Shown: in pieces, positions 63,711 through 64,000 of the stretch
Layout of the letters: every line of letters starts with the position of its first letter
Numbering within the stretch: the first letter of the stretch is position 1
Source: Truepera sp.
GTDB lineage: Bacteria; Deinococcota; Deinococci; Deinococcales; Trueperaceae
Length of the DNA: 64,000 nt
NCBI GenBank assembly: GCA_965218435.1
Contig: CBDCKW010000009.1
Span: forward strand, 3,072,001 to 3,136,000
Direction: 5' to 3'
The notes under the pieces: generated by a model
Database searches by the model: none
What the model was told of the DNA's origin: nothing
Seen by the model: the letters and a program-made list of their open reading frames with translations, nothing else
Translations under genes and position numbers: made by a program

Positions 63711-64000
63711 TTAAGTTAGGCCGCGCTCCCTGGCCCAGACAATCGCCTCGGCGCGTGAGTGAACGCCGAGTTTGTCGTAGATGCTCGAGATATAGTTGCG
63801 TACCGTTTGGGTCGCTAACCCCAGCTCGTCGGCAATCGCTCGGTTGGCCGCGCCCGTCGCCAGCTGCTCTAAAACCTGCCGTTCACGTTCTGAAAGTTCA
63901 GCCATCGCGTTATGACCGTCGGTCGTCCCTTCGGCCCTGATAATGGCGAGTTGCTCCAAAACTCGGTGACTAAACCAGCTCGCGTCACGCATCGCCGTTT
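63711..64000 (-). CDS. LuxR/NarL-family regulator, C-terminal HTH (5'-partial)
   Basis: LSERERQVL..GAANRAIADEL..TVRNYISSIYDKL. Confidence 0.9.
   Translation of the reverse strand, partial: TAMRDASWFSHRVLEQLAIIRAEGTTDGHNAMAELSERERQVLEQLATGAANRAIADELGLATQTVRNYISSIYDKLGVHSRAEAIVWARERGLT

Overview
Chromosomal window from a moderately GC-rich bacterium, very likely Deinococcota (Trueperaceae-like). This is inferred from a ddrH-like gene, a 23S-5S-tRNA-Gly operon with no linked 16S, and many leaderless genes. Most of the window is housekeeping or metabolic: glpD, suhB, ndh, sdaAA/AB, hup, plsC, uvrA, a GH3 glucosidase, SAM riboswitch-metF-metH, ppk1, mutM, hisA, map, two acs genes with an actP-like permease, MATE and ktrAB. 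There is a probable acquired redox/regulator island (about 14.6-18.9 kb), a small restriction island with a truncated methyltransferase (about 30.2-32.3 kb), and several genes broken by single lesions. The most notable unexplained signals are: (1) a candidate novel kissing-loop RNA in the ddrH leader; (2) a strong HIP1-like excess of the palindrome CTCGAG; (3) a relay of stop/start-overlapping mini-ORFs built from a 14-bp repeat ahead of ktrA; (4) mutM apparently starting at ATC; (5) an exonuclease-WYL fusion; (6) a lone GemA-like gene under a perfect operator. All counts and folds were done by eye and no database searches were run.
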